Source: Promethearchaeota archaeon
GTDB lineage: Archaea; Asgardarchaeota; Lokiarchaeia; Sigyniarchaeales; Promethearchaeaceae
Assembly (NCBI GenBank): GCA_016933055.1
Contig: JAFGBS010000009.1
Coordinates: 90,001 to 122,000 of the forward strand
Direction of reading: 5' to 3'
Length of the DNA: 32,000 nucleotides
The notes below the pieces were generated by a model, which had not been told where the DNA came from, did not search any database, and worked only from the letters and a program-made list of their open reading frames with translations. Position numbers and translations under genes: made by a program. Shown piece by piece: positions 17,651 to 26,873 of the stretch (within the stretch, counting starts at the first letter, position 1; every line of letters starts with the position of its first letter).

Positions 17651-19117
17651 ATGACTGAAATGGTTGATCGATCGGGTGATCTGCAATATCGCCCCCATAA
17701 ATGGTATACTATGACTTCCTATGGATTTGGGAAATTTGCCGCTGAATTCTTTACCATTGCTTTCACAACATATTGTTTTTTCTTTTACGAACGGGTAGTC
17801 GGGCTGAGTTCATGGTGGACTGCGTTTGGTTACATCATTTACGCAATTTGGAATGCTATAAATGATCCATTAATCGGCTATCTAACAAATAAACCTCCAA
17901 AAGGAAAGTTGGGTAACAAATTAGGAAGAAGATTTCCTTATATACTAATGGGAGCGATTCCTTGGGTATTCATTTACTTGATTATTTTCACTCCTCCAAA
18001 TTTGGACCCAAACCAATATGGATGGGTACTTTTCCTATGGTTGACAATTTGGGCGTGTGTATTTGATACATTGTATAGTTTATGGGATGTCCAATACCAA
18101 GCAATATTCCCTGATAAATTTAGAGGAGAACAAGAAAGGAGGAAAGCGGCTGGTATAGCCACGGCAGTTGGAATAGTTGGAATTGCTTTAGGGGCATTAA
18201 TTCCTCCTATGTTTCTCAAAGAAAATGTTCTGCGAGAGTATTTTAATCAAGGTGCTGCAGTAGCCGTAATTGGATTTATCGCAGTACTATTCCTTTTACC
18301 GGGTGTTAAAGAAGATAGGTTCATGCGAGCAAAATATGAGCAGAGTATGAAATATGAACAAGAACAAGGAAGTACAAGCTTTTTTAAAGATATGCTGTAT
18401 GCTCTGAAAAATCGAAATTTAATGGCATTTTTACTGTTGTATTTTCTCTACCAAAGTTTAGCTCAAAGCATGACGGGTTCTATTCCCTATTTTGTTGAGT
18501 ATGTATTGGAGGAACCACAAACAAGTGTTACATTTGTCATGGCAGGATTTTTGGTCGGAGCTTTAGTAAGTATACCATTTTGGATAAGATTAGCAAATAA
18601 ATTGAGAAATAATCAGAAAATGATATTGATCGGGGGATTTCTTCTTGCACTAGTCACCGTACCGTTCATATTCGTCAATCAATGGCGCACAATCACGATT
18701 TTCGGTTTTTCCATTTCGGGATATAACATATTTTTATGGATGGTACTTTGGGGCTCTTGTTTGGGACTTTTTTGGAGTCTAACAGGTCCAGTTATGGCGG
18801 ATGTTATTGATGAGATCGTAGTTCAGACTCGTGTGCGTAAAGAAGGAACCTATATGGGTTTACGGGCATTCTTCGGCCGTTTAGCATTTGCCGTCCAAGC
18901 CCTAAGTTTCGCAATAGTTCATCAAGTAACTGGATTCATTGAAGGGCAACCACTGATAGCTCAACCAGATTCTGCCATAATTGGAATTCACGTTCATATT
19001 GCCATAATTCCCATCATCTTAATGCTTTTGGGAACCATTATTTTCTGGATATTGAACGATCTGAATCCAGAGAAAAATACCGAGATTAAATTACGACTTG
19101 TCGAATTGGGATTGTGA
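17651..19117 (+). CDS. MFS glycoside-pentoside-hexuronide (MelB/GPH, MFS_2) transporter
   Basis: WNAINDPLIGYL, GRRFPYIL, ADVIDE..R.EG.Y.G and about 12 TM helices. Confidence 0.92.
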   Translation: MTEMVDRSGDLQYRPHKWYTMTSYGFGKFAAEFFTIAFTTYCFFFYERVVGLSSWWTAFGYIIYAIWNAINDPLIGYLTNKPPKGKLGNKLGRRFPYILMGAIPWVFIYLIIFTPPNLDPNQYGWVLFLWLTIWACVFDTLYSLWDVQYQAIFPDKFRGEQERRKAAGIATAVGIVGIALGALIPPMFLKENVLREYFNQGAAVAVIGFIAVLFLLPGVKEDRFMRAKYEQSMKYEQEQGSTSFFKDMLYALKNRNLMAFLLLYFLYQSLAQSMTGSIPYFVEYVLEEPQTSVTFVMAGFLVGALVSIPFWIRLANKLRNNQKMILIGGFLLALVTVPFIFVNQWRTITIFGFSISGYNIFLWMVLWGSCLGLFWSLTGPVMADVIDEIVVQTRVRKEGTYMGLRAFFGRLAFAVQALSFAIVHQVTGFIEGQPLIAQPDSAIIGIHVHIAIIPIILMLLGTIIFWILNDLNPEKNTEIKLRLVELGL

Positions 19118-19141
19118 TACTACCCAATTTTTATTTTTCTA

Positions 19142-20257
19142 TTATATATTTTTCCAATAGGGCCCTAACAACTTTTTTAGATAGGGTATTAGCTTATTTT
19201 CGGTATATTCTAAACATTGGTCGTTTGTTTTTTGGTCTTCCTCAATAATCAATCCAGCTCCTGATAGCTTACTAACAACGTTTACGATAGAGTTAGATTG
19301 TGCTTCCAGATTATATCCTCCTTCCAGTGTAAGAGACATTCGCCCTTGTGCAAACTCTTCTGCGACCGGCATTACTTTATCGATAATTTTTCCATATCCT
19401 TGACTTGTGTATCCCAGATTTGTTAAGTGATCTCGGTGATGACCATCGAATCCCGCGGAGAATAAAATGTATTCTGGTTTGAATTCCCGTAACATGGGGA
19501 GTATCAAGTGATCCAAGGCTAATTGCACGCAATCGTCCCCTGATCGAGGAGGTAGAGTAATATTCACAATTTTACCTTTTTGTTTACCTTGCCCTATGTC
19601 TTCTGGGAAACAAGTGCCTGGATACAACGTCCGTGGGTCTTGGTGGATGGAAAAAAACAATAATTCCGCTTCCTCTGGTACATTAGGGACTCCGGAGTAG
19701 ACAATGTCTTCGCTTCCATTCCCCGCATGTGCATCCCAGTCGATAATAGCCACCTTTTTAATCCTTTTTTCCCGCATGAGGTACTGGGTTGCTAAAATGA
19801 TGTTGTTAAATACACAGAATCCTCGACTTGCAGATACATTTGCATGGTGACCCGGCGGTCGACATAATATAAATGCACTGTTGATAATTCCATCAAAAAT
19901 TGCATCAATTGCAGAAAAATTTCCTCCCGCAGCATATAACGCAGCAGTATAACTTTCCCCAGAGAGAACAGTATCAGGATCCGTTGTTAGATTTTGGTGG
20001 AATTTTGCAGCTCGAACGGTTTTCTCTTGTATTTCAGTGATAAGAGATTCACTATGGGCAAGATGAATTTCCTCTAGTGCAGCTAAACGAGGTTGAATCT
20101 CGAAAAAATTGCTTCTTCGATTCTCTCCGTACATTCCTTCTTCTCTTAGACGAGATATAGCATGGATCACTCGATCGGCACGTTCGGGGTGAGAATACAT
20201 TAAATTAGTTTTGTGTTCAGCATAAATATGATCATAAACAATTCCTACATTCTTCAT
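19142..20257 (-). CDS. Zn-dependent histone deacetylase family protein (class II-like/AcuC-AphA)
   Basis: HPER, RPPGHHA, GFCVFNN, DWDAHAGNG, SIHQ..YPGT, SAGFDGH..D and LEGGY, with the catalytic set intact. Confidence 0.93.
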   Translation of the reverse strand: MKNVGIVYDHIYAEHKTNLMYSHPERADRVIHAISRLREEGMYGENRRSNFFEIQPRLAALEEIHLAHSESLITEIQEKTVRAAKFHQNLTTDPDTVLSGESYTAALYAAGGNFSAIDAIFDGIINSAFILCRPPGHHANVSASRGFCVFNNIILATQYLMREKRIKKVAIIDWDAHAGNGSEDIVYSGVPNVPEEAELLFFSIHQDPRTLYPGTCFPEDIGQGKQKGKIVNITLPPRSGDDCVQLALDHLILPMLREFKPEYILFSAGFDGHHRDHLTNLGYTSQGYGKIIDKVMPVAEEFAQGRMSLTLEGGYNLEAQSNSIVNVVSKLSGAGLIIEEDQKTNDQCLEYTENKLIPYLKKLLGPYWKNI

Positions 20258-20407
20258 AGGTAATCAATTGATTTTCCTTTACTAATTATTGTCCAAATGG
20301 ATTAAAATGAGTTGTGATTTTTCTGAAAAAGTTTCGAAGACTTCAAACTCAAGTAAAGTATTATCTTTAGTTTTGTTATACCTCAAAATATGACAAGGAG
20401 CATCGAA

Positions 20408-20734
20408 ATGTCTGATCAAACTCGTTGCTTTATGGTAGAAATTACTGATGATGAGCAACTTAAAGGTAAATGGGATATCGTTCTTAATACGGGTGGGTAT
20501 GTGTCGATTTCAAGTATTGGAAACCAAGATGACATTGAATACAGCGGTATGGTTCATTTGGGAGGATCAGATTTCCAAAGATTATGGGAAATCGTGGAAA
20601 AAATTACTCCTGAGATGTTTTATGATGAAGTTCATCAATTACTAATCAATTCAGACTTAGACGGAATCCTTGAACCACTAATCTTGTATATTAAAGACTT
20701 ACTGGATGATAAAATGGATTTTGAGGAGACTTAA
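20408..20734 (+). CDS. Small acidic hypothetical protein
   Basis: D/E-rich ORF. AAGGAG at 20395-20400 favours ATG 20408 over 20390. Confidence 0.6.
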   Translation: MSDQTRCFMVEITDDEQLKGKWDIVLNTGGYVSISSIGNQDDIEYSGMVHLGGSDFQRLWEIVEKITPEMFYDEVHQLLINSDLDGILEPLILYIKDLLDDKMDFEET

Positions 20735-22056
20735 AACAAAAGAAAAATGAGAGATAAGTAGCCTAAACCTAATATCATAGATGCCCCAGAAAATATTGAG
20801 GTAAATTTGGAAAAGTACCTAAAAGTAAATCCTTTTACATAATTTTGCTCTGCAATTTCCAGAGTTTTTAAAAATTGAGTTGCAGCGGGTGGAATAAAAT
20901 TACCACCGAGAGCTACACCAATAATTAAAGCCATGATCTGAAGGTTCTGTTCTAAACCCATGGGATTGTCCCCAAAAATTAGCAATAAGACTGAGGAAAA
21001 AGTAATTGCCATAAGAGATTTCGAGATAAACGATGAAATGATACTAGATACTCCAAGTATTATAAGGATAGAAAGATAGACATTATTGCTTGTGACATGT
21101 TGGATGAAATTACTAATCATAGAAATGGTTCCGTTGAGTTCCATACATCCAATCATTAAATAGATGGACAATAAAAAAAGCATCAATTTCCAATCCACAT
21201 CATCAAAGTAATCAGATAAGGAATGTCTAGTGCGCTCTACTAAGCATAAAAATACACTGAGGATTAGCACGACAAAATATGCAGCCGGAGAGAATATTAA
21301 TCCTAAAATCATTATCACAAAATAGATAAGATATCGGATGAACTTGGGTTTCTCAGAAATGAGAAGATCTGGATTCATGATTTCTAACAAAATAATCCTT
21401 TGACGCTCTGTTGGAGGGCTCTGTTTTTTCACCATTAAAAGATCAATAAGAACGAGAACGCCTATTTCCATAATGACAAATATTGTTATAAAATACGTCA
21501 AAAACCATGCAATATTTAAATTAAATGCAGAAGCGATAATTATATTTGTACCCGTTGCGAAGGGACTTAATAAATTCCCCAAAATAATAGAAAACGAAAT
21601 TCCAATAATAAAAGGTTTCGCTTCTATTTCTAACACACGGCATGTTCGAATTACCAAAGGCATAATAATTATGGCCAAACTGACATCATCCATAAAACCC
21701 GATAAGATGGTACTGACAATACTCATGAAATAGAAAAATAAGCGGGGATTTCCTTTGGTCAATCGTATTACTTGTAAAGAAGACCATTGAAAGATTCTCT
21801 GTTCTCGTAAAGCGAAAATTACTATCTCCACAAAAATAAGATAAAGAATAACCCGATAATTAATCAATCCGAAAAATTCAATTTCTTCTAGTGGATTATT
21901 ATTGACCTTGGATTCCCAAAACCATGTAAAAATACACGCAATAAATGCTATTAACAAGGAATAGGCTCCAATATCCATTTTTTTAATGGAAAATATGATT
22001 GTGATAAAGATAAACAATACCACAATCACTAACTGAGCAATTAATTGGGAAGCCAT
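20731..22056 (-). CDS. IT-superfamily permease (ArsB/NhaD/P-protein/SLC13-like), paralog A
   Basis: SGFMDDVS, GNLLSPFATGTN, DWKLMLFL and GGNFIPP in a multi-TM protein. Confidence 0.85.
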   Translation of the reverse strand: MASQLIAQLVIVVLFIFITIIFSIKKMDIGAYSLLIAFIACIFTWFWESKVNNNPLEEIEFFGLINYRVILYLIFVEIVIFALREQRIFQWSSLQVIRLTKGNPRLFFYFMSIVSTILSGFMDDVSLAIIIMPLVIRTCRVLEIEAKPFIIGISFSIILGNLLSPFATGTNIIIASAFNLNIAWFLTYFITIFVIMEIGVLVLIDLLMVKKQSPPTERQRIILLEIMNPDLLISEKPKFIRYLIYFVIMILGLIFSPAAYFVVLILSVFLCLVERTRHSLSDYFDDVDWKLMLFLLSIYLMIGCMELNGTISMISNFIQHVTSNNVYLSILIILGVSSIISSFISKSLMAITFSSVLLLIFGDNPMGLEQNLQIMALIIGVALGGNFIPPAATQFLKTLEIAEQNYVKGFTFRYFSKFTSIFSGASMILGLGYLSLIFLLF

Positions 22057-22155
22057 TGGAGTAGATTTTTTTTCAACGTATTTTAATTTTGTTCCCTTTG
22101 GGTTCGCACTCTATTCTGAAACTGCATTCCTTAAAGTTTATGTAGATTTGTTTCT

Positions 22156-23157
22156 ATGTCATACTTAACCATGGGCGATACTGAAACCGACCGAAAATTC
22201 CAACCAATACATAAAAAACGCCCTTTAAAGCTTCAAAATAAATGGAGTACACCAACGGGATTATTTTTTCAAAAAGGTATGGTCAATTCTCATATTGCAA
22301 TTCAGTTTTTCAAGAATAATAAAATTCTAAAAACTCTTGTCTCTGAAAATGAAGAAAGTTGGGTTGGGAAGGATGACAATATCTGGGATTTAATTATCCA
22401 ATTTGGGGGTCAATCTCCCGATCACGCTCGGTGTCAACGGGAAATAGCATTAACCGCAATCGTGAACACTTACTTAAAATCGATCGGATATGCATCTCTT
22501 GAACAACCTCAATTAAATGGCACAACTCCTGATATATTAGCAATTAAAAATGAATTCTCTTGTTTTATTGAAATTAAAGCATATTTTGGTAGAACGATTG
22601 TAGGCGAAGCAGAAGTAGCCCAACTGGTTAAATATTATAATATTCTCCAAAACAAACCCGAAATCATGAAGCATTTCGGAGTTAAGGATTCTATCCCACC
22701 GAAATTTATGTTGATTACCACCGGACAATTACCTCCTTATAATAAAAATTCAGTATTCAACGGGGAACTATTTAATCTTCCCGAAGAGAAACAGTTAGAA
22801 TTCATAAAAAAGAAATACAAGGATATTATTAAAAAAATGGGTTATTCGAAGTATTTAGAGGGCCGAGATACTCGGAATATCTACAAATATAGTTGGGAAA
22901 AATACAAAAAACAGATTAAATATAAATTTGCAACTCCTCCGCGAGCGCAACAACTCACACGCCCCCGTAAATTAGATTATATGATTGAAAATCGGCATGA
23001 CATCGATATGATTTTAATTCCCGCGCGTATCTTTTCTCAAATTTTGGATCTTTCCGGCCTGACCAAAGAACGAGAATATTTTGAACGGATTCGCTCATCT
23101 TGGTTATCACAACTTATTCTGGATAAAGAATTGATTAATTACACCAATTCGTCATAA
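22156..23157 (+). CDS. PD-(D/E)xK nuclease-fold protein
   Basis: TPDILAIKNEFSCFIEIKAY...EVAQLVKYY (PD...ExK plus QxxxY). The rest of the protein is basic and unrecognised. Confidence 0.65.
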   Translation: MSYLTMGDTETDRKFQPIHKKRPLKLQNKWSTPTGLFFQKGMVNSHIAIQFFKNNKILKTLVSENEESWVGKDDNIWDLIIQFGGQSPDHARCQREIALTAIVNTYLKSIGYASLEQPQLNGTTPDILAIKNEFSCFIEIKAYFGRTIVGEAEVAQLVKYYNILQNKPEIMKHFGVKDSIPPKFMLITTGQLPPYNKNSVFNGELFNLPEEKQLEFIKKKYKDIIKKMGYSKYLEGRDTRNIYKYSWEKYKKQIKYKFATPPRAQQLTRPRKLDYMIENRHDIDMILIPARIFSQILDLSGLTKEREYFERIRSSWLSQLILDKELINYTNSS

Positions 23158-24591
23158 GACATATATATATATTGCAATGTAGGCAATTCCCAGCATTATA
23201 TGTAAAAGCGCAAATAACCCGCCTACTTTGAATAATTTTTTATAATTGAGATCCTCTACACAGTAATTTTTAGCAATCTCGAGGGTCATCATATCAGGTG
23301 CACTTCCTTGGGGGAGAAAATTCCCTCCCAGATTAATTCCTAACACAAAAGCAATAATGATGGGAGCAGTCATGGTCGTAAACGGAGTTTTTTCCAATAA
23401 AATATTGATTATAGGTAGAAACATGATAGTCACGGGTGCATTATCCATAAATGCAGAAAATAAGGAAGTCAAAACTAAAATAACCACACTTAGAACGAAC
23501 ACATTCGATTGTGAAACTCGTTCCAAAAATCCTTCAACAAAAAGAATCGTTCCATTTACTTCCATTAAATGAACTAATACAAACAAACAAATGAAGAAAA
23601 ATACCAGCTTAAAATCGACTCTACGCAAATAAAAACTTAAAGATGGTTTCGCTGATTCATTTTTGTTCGTCCTAATCGGATTGATCAATACAAAAATAAC
23701 CAGAGAAATAAAAGTAGGGATCCATAAGGTATCGATCAAAACCAAAAGTACTACGAAGACAACAATAGCTCCTAAATTGAGATAAAAACGCTTGTTCGTT
23801 ATTTGTTTTTTTAAGCTAGTATCAACTTTCACCCTACGTTGATAAAATACGGAATCTAATTCTTCTTGTTTAATCTCCAAATTATTGTATACTTCTACTT
23901 TGGAGGGATAAACTTCCATTTCTTCACAGTGGGGATTCCATTTTTCTTTTAGATATTTCTTTAAGATGAATTTATCCAGCAAAATAAGTGTAATGATGGT
24001 AGTAACAACAAAATATACCGAGAAATTTTTTATAAAGAATGCAAAAGTTAAATCCAAATCATTGAAAATTAAAACATTTTCTGCAGAGCCAAAAGGAGTT
24101 AATGTAGACGCCAGATTAATGCAGATAGTCATTCCTAAGAGAAAGGGGGTGGGATTAATACTAATTGAAGCACATGCAAGTACGATCACAGGACCAAAAA
24201 TAATTGCCACTGATAAATCTTCGAGAAAAGCCGCACTGATTGTACTGACTACACACATAAAGTAAAACATAACACGTATTTGATTCTTAAATTGTACAAC
24301 AATTCGGCGCGAAATTTCATGAAAGACTTTTTGAGTATTCAAAATTTCCACAATGGTAAACATTGCAATCAAGAAACTAACGACTTCCCAATCAATAGCT
24401 TCAATGAAGAACCCTATCGTTGTGGGATCCGCGTCGGGTATTACAGGAGTCTCTAACAAAAACACTGTTGCAGCTCCTGCAATTATTATGAATATGAACG
24501 CATATAGTAAATAATCTTGTTTCTCCAGAAATAACACTACAACAAGGGCTAAAAAACATGCAAGTACAATAATCTGGAGGAGAAGTGACAT
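23152..24591 (-). CDS. IT-superfamily permease (ArsB/NhaD/P-protein/SLC13-like), paralog B
   Basis: IDWEVVSFLIAMF, SAAFLEDLS, TLTPFGSAEN, SAFMDNAP and GGNFLPQGSAPD. Confidence 0.88.
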   Translation of the reverse strand: MSLLLQIIVLACFLALVVVLFLEKQDYLLYAFIFIIIAGAATVFLLETPVIPDADPTTIGFFIEAIDWEVVSFLIAMFTIVEILNTQKVFHEISRRIVVQFKNQIRVMFYFMCVVSTISAAFLEDLSVAIIFGPVIVLACASISINPTPFLLGMTICINLASTLTPFGSAENVLIFNDLDLTFAFFIKNFSVYFVVTTIITLILLDKFILKKYLKEKWNPHCEEMEVYPSKVEVYNNLEIKQEELDSVFYQRRVKVDTSLKKQITNKRFYLNLGAIVVFVVLLVLIDTLWIPTFISLVIFVLINPIRTNKNESAKPSLSFYLRRVDFKLVFFFICLFVLVHLMEVNGTILFVEGFLERVSQSNVFVLSVVILVLTSLFSAFMDNAPVTIMFLPIINILLEKTPFTTMTAPIIIAFVLGINLGGNFLPQGSAPDMMTLEIAKNYCVEDLNYKKLFKVGGLFALLHIMLGIAYIAIYIYVL

Positions 24592-24752
24592 ACTACATAT
24601 GTTTCGATTAAGGATCCAATTAAAACATTCTTGATACTCATTGTAGTTAAATTAAAGAAAATCGGGTGAAATTATTCTGTCATATTATATTTTCAAAAAA
24701 GAGATATTTAGGATTAACTGAATGATATTTTCACCACACTGAGGTGGTATGA

Positions 24753-26753
24753 GTGAAAAAACAAACGAAAATACTTAGTTTAACAATGCTAATCTTGGTT
24801 TGCTTTGGAGTTCTGATTGTAAAAAATACCTCTTATTTTTTACAAATTGAGAAAGATGATGGATTCTTTAATCCCCAAAGTTCAGATTTTTATTTGACCA
24901 AAACGGAACTGGTATCTTGGAATTCAACTGGGGATTCCTTTGATCCATCCATTGCTTTAGATTCAGAGGGTAATACCCATATTGTCTGGGCAGATCGAAC
25001 AGATTATTTGGGAGAAGGAAATACTAATTTAGACCTATTTTATGTGAATCGTTCAATTAGCACAGGTTTATGGAGCGATATTGAAGTTATTACCTCAAAT
25101 TTGCCATTACAAACCTTGGATGCTGATCTGATTGCTGATAATTTAGGAAACCTTCATCTAGCGTTTACGTATCAATCATCGCCAAATGATGTTTATTATA
25201 TGTCATATTCGGGCGGAATATGGAGTTCCGCAGAGATCATATCAACAGAATCAACGGGCTTCGCGAAATATCCAGAAATTGCAATAGATTCAAATCAGAA
25301 TGTGCATATCGTCTGGCAAGATAACTCAAATTATAATGGAGCAGGTACTGATGAAGATGTATTTTATAAAAATCGAACTGCGGGAGGAATTTGGAGCATA
25401 ACTGAAGTTGTTTCTGCTGGTTCATCTTCAGTTGGCAATTCTTTGCAGCCCGATATTGATTGTGATCAATGGGGGAATCCACATATTGTGTGGTATGAAT
25501 ATGATGATATTAGCGGTACATCAGGGACTGATGCGGATATTTATTATAAAAACATGACTGCTCTCACTGGAAATTGGGGATCAGCGGTTTTAATTTCAGA
25601 GGGAAGTACCGATTCATCGATGAATCCAAGTATAGTGGTTGATCGCTCAAGCCCTGTAATCCACATTGCATGGTATGATAAATTTGATATTACAGGTTCT
25701 TCGGGGGCTACTGATTATGATATATTTTATTGTAATTACACAGTTTCTACGAATACGTGGAGTTCAATTGAAGATGCTACTTGGGACAGTAATGTTTATG
25801 CAAAATCTGATCCCATTCTCCAATTGAATGGAAACGTGTTACATCTGGTGTATGAGGAAGATCAACATGTAAGTTATAAAAACCGAACTCTCAGTGCTCC
25901 TAATTGGGGGCTCATTCAACAAATTTCAGACACCACGGGGTCCTTAACGAATCCTAATCCGAGATTTATCGTCACCTCTGCAGGGATGATCCAATTCGCA
26001 TGGGGGCATAATTCACAATATAATAATTCCGGTTTTGACAGAGATATTTTCTTTAAGGAAATCAACTTACTGCCCGATCTCACATCCCCCGCTGATCAGA
26101 ATAATTTGGTTACTAGCAGTGGGAATATTATTACTTGGGTTGCAACCGATGCTTATTCTGTATGTTCACCGAATTATACCGTTGTATGGAACATTACAAA
26201 TGGTGTTACAACTGGATATTGGACGAGTGGAGAAGATATAATTGTGAATATTGATGACTATAGTACCTCATTAGGAGAATATATATTTACGATAATAATC
26301 GATGATGGACACGGCGTTATGATAAATGATTCTGTTTTGGTGACTGTATATAACATGCCCCCAGTTCTTACTACTCCAGAAGATGTTGTTTACAAAGAAG
26401 GTACCAGAATGAATAATATTACATGGGGAATAACTGATTCCAGTGCTTTCATAGGAGATTATATAGTGTATCAAAATGGAACGATGGTAACCCCAGGAAC
26501 ATGGACAAATGGGGATGATATTATCATTAATGTGGATGAACTTGAACCTGGCAATTATAATTACACTATAATCGTATCAGATGGATTTGGGGGATATGCA
26601 ACTGATGAAGTTTTAGTTACGGTGATTTCCACCGCTTTATTTGATCAATTTCCTTTTTTGGATGAAATTTTATACATCTCAGGGGGAGTAATCGTAACTG
26701 CTGCTATTCTTGGAGTTATCTTAACCATTATAAAGAAGAAAAAGTTGTCCTAA
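24753..26753 (+). CDS. Cell-surface glycoprotein: N-terminal signal/anchor, 7-blade beta-propeller, two Ig-like domains, C-terminal TM + KKKK
   Basis: GAGGTG Shine-Dalgarno at 24741-24746 before the GTG start, many N-x-S/T sequons, and the repeats listed separately. Confidence 0.8.
   Translation: MKKQTKILSLTMLILVCFGVLIVKNTSYFLQIEKDDGFFNPQSSDFYLTKTELVSWNSTGDSFDPSIALDSEGNTHIVWADRTDYLGEGNTNLDLFYVNRSISTGLWSDIEVITSNLPLQTLDADLIADNLGNLHLAFTYQSSPNDVYYMSYSGGIWSSAEIISTESTGFAKYPEIAIDSNQNVHIVWQDNSNYNGAGTDEDVFYKNRTAGGIWSITEVVSAGSSSVGNSLQPDIDCDQWGNPHIVWYEYDDISGTSGTDADIYYKNMTALTGNWGSAVLISEGSTDSSMNPSIVVDRSSPVIHIAWYDKFDITGSSGATDYDIFYCNYTVSTNTWSSIEDATWDSNVYAKSDPILQLNGNVLHLVYEEDQHVSYKNRTLSAPNWGLIQQISDTTGSLTNPNPRFIVTSAGMIQFAWGHNSQYNNSGFDRDIFFKEINLLPDLTSPADQNNLVTSSGNIITWVATDAYSVCSPNYTVVWNITNGVTTGYWTSGEDIIVNIDDYSTSLGEYIFTIIIDDGHGVMINDSVLVTVYNMPPVLTTPEDVVYKEGTRMNNITWGITDSSAFIGDYIVYQNGTMVTPGTWTNGDDIIINVDELEPGNYNYTIIVSDGFGGYATDEVLVTVISTALFDQFPFLDEILYISGGVIVTAAILGVILTIIKKKKLS
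24936..26063 (+). repeat. Seven protein-level repeats of about 45-58 aa (P.I..D..G..HIVW.D.......DIFY.......W), probable propeller blades
   Basis: Examples: SFDPSIALDSEGNTHIVWAD, AKYPEIAIDSNQNVHIVWQD, SLQPDIDCDQWGNPHIVWYE, SMNPSIVVDRSSPVIHIAWYD. Confidence 0.75.
26070..26630 (+). repeat. Two tandem Ig-like repeats of about 90 aa
   Basis: P.LT.P.D......N.ITW...D.....Y.V......T.G.WT.G.DII.N.D....G.Y..TII..DG.G....D.VLVTV occurs twice. Confidence 0.75.
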
Positions 26754-26763
26754 TCCGCAACTG

Positions 26764-26791
26764 TTTGTTTTTTTTTTTTTTTAATTTTTTA
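26764..26791 (+). terminator. Oligo-U archaeal terminator tract
   Basis: A run of 15 T at 26768-26782 plus further T runs, starting 10 nt after the stop of the surface protein gene. Confidence 0.6.
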
Positions 26792-26873
26792 TATAACTCA
26801 ATATGAACTATTAAAATTTAATCCAAACATTTACGTTCTATGATAAAGTTCTTAGAATATAGAGGTGGAGTTC

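Noticed and set aside
11500-23157. MT-A70 methylase plus PD-(D/E)xK nuclease as a split restriction-modification system
   Set aside because: They are about 10 kb apart with unrelated metabolic genes in between, and nothing in the sequence links them.
24665-24735. Inverted repeat GGTGAAATTAT / ATATTTTCACC in the divergent promoter
   Set aside because: It has 11-bp arms with a mismatch and a 49-nt spacer in AT-rich DNA. It is too weak to call a MITE or operator, and there is no target-site duplication.
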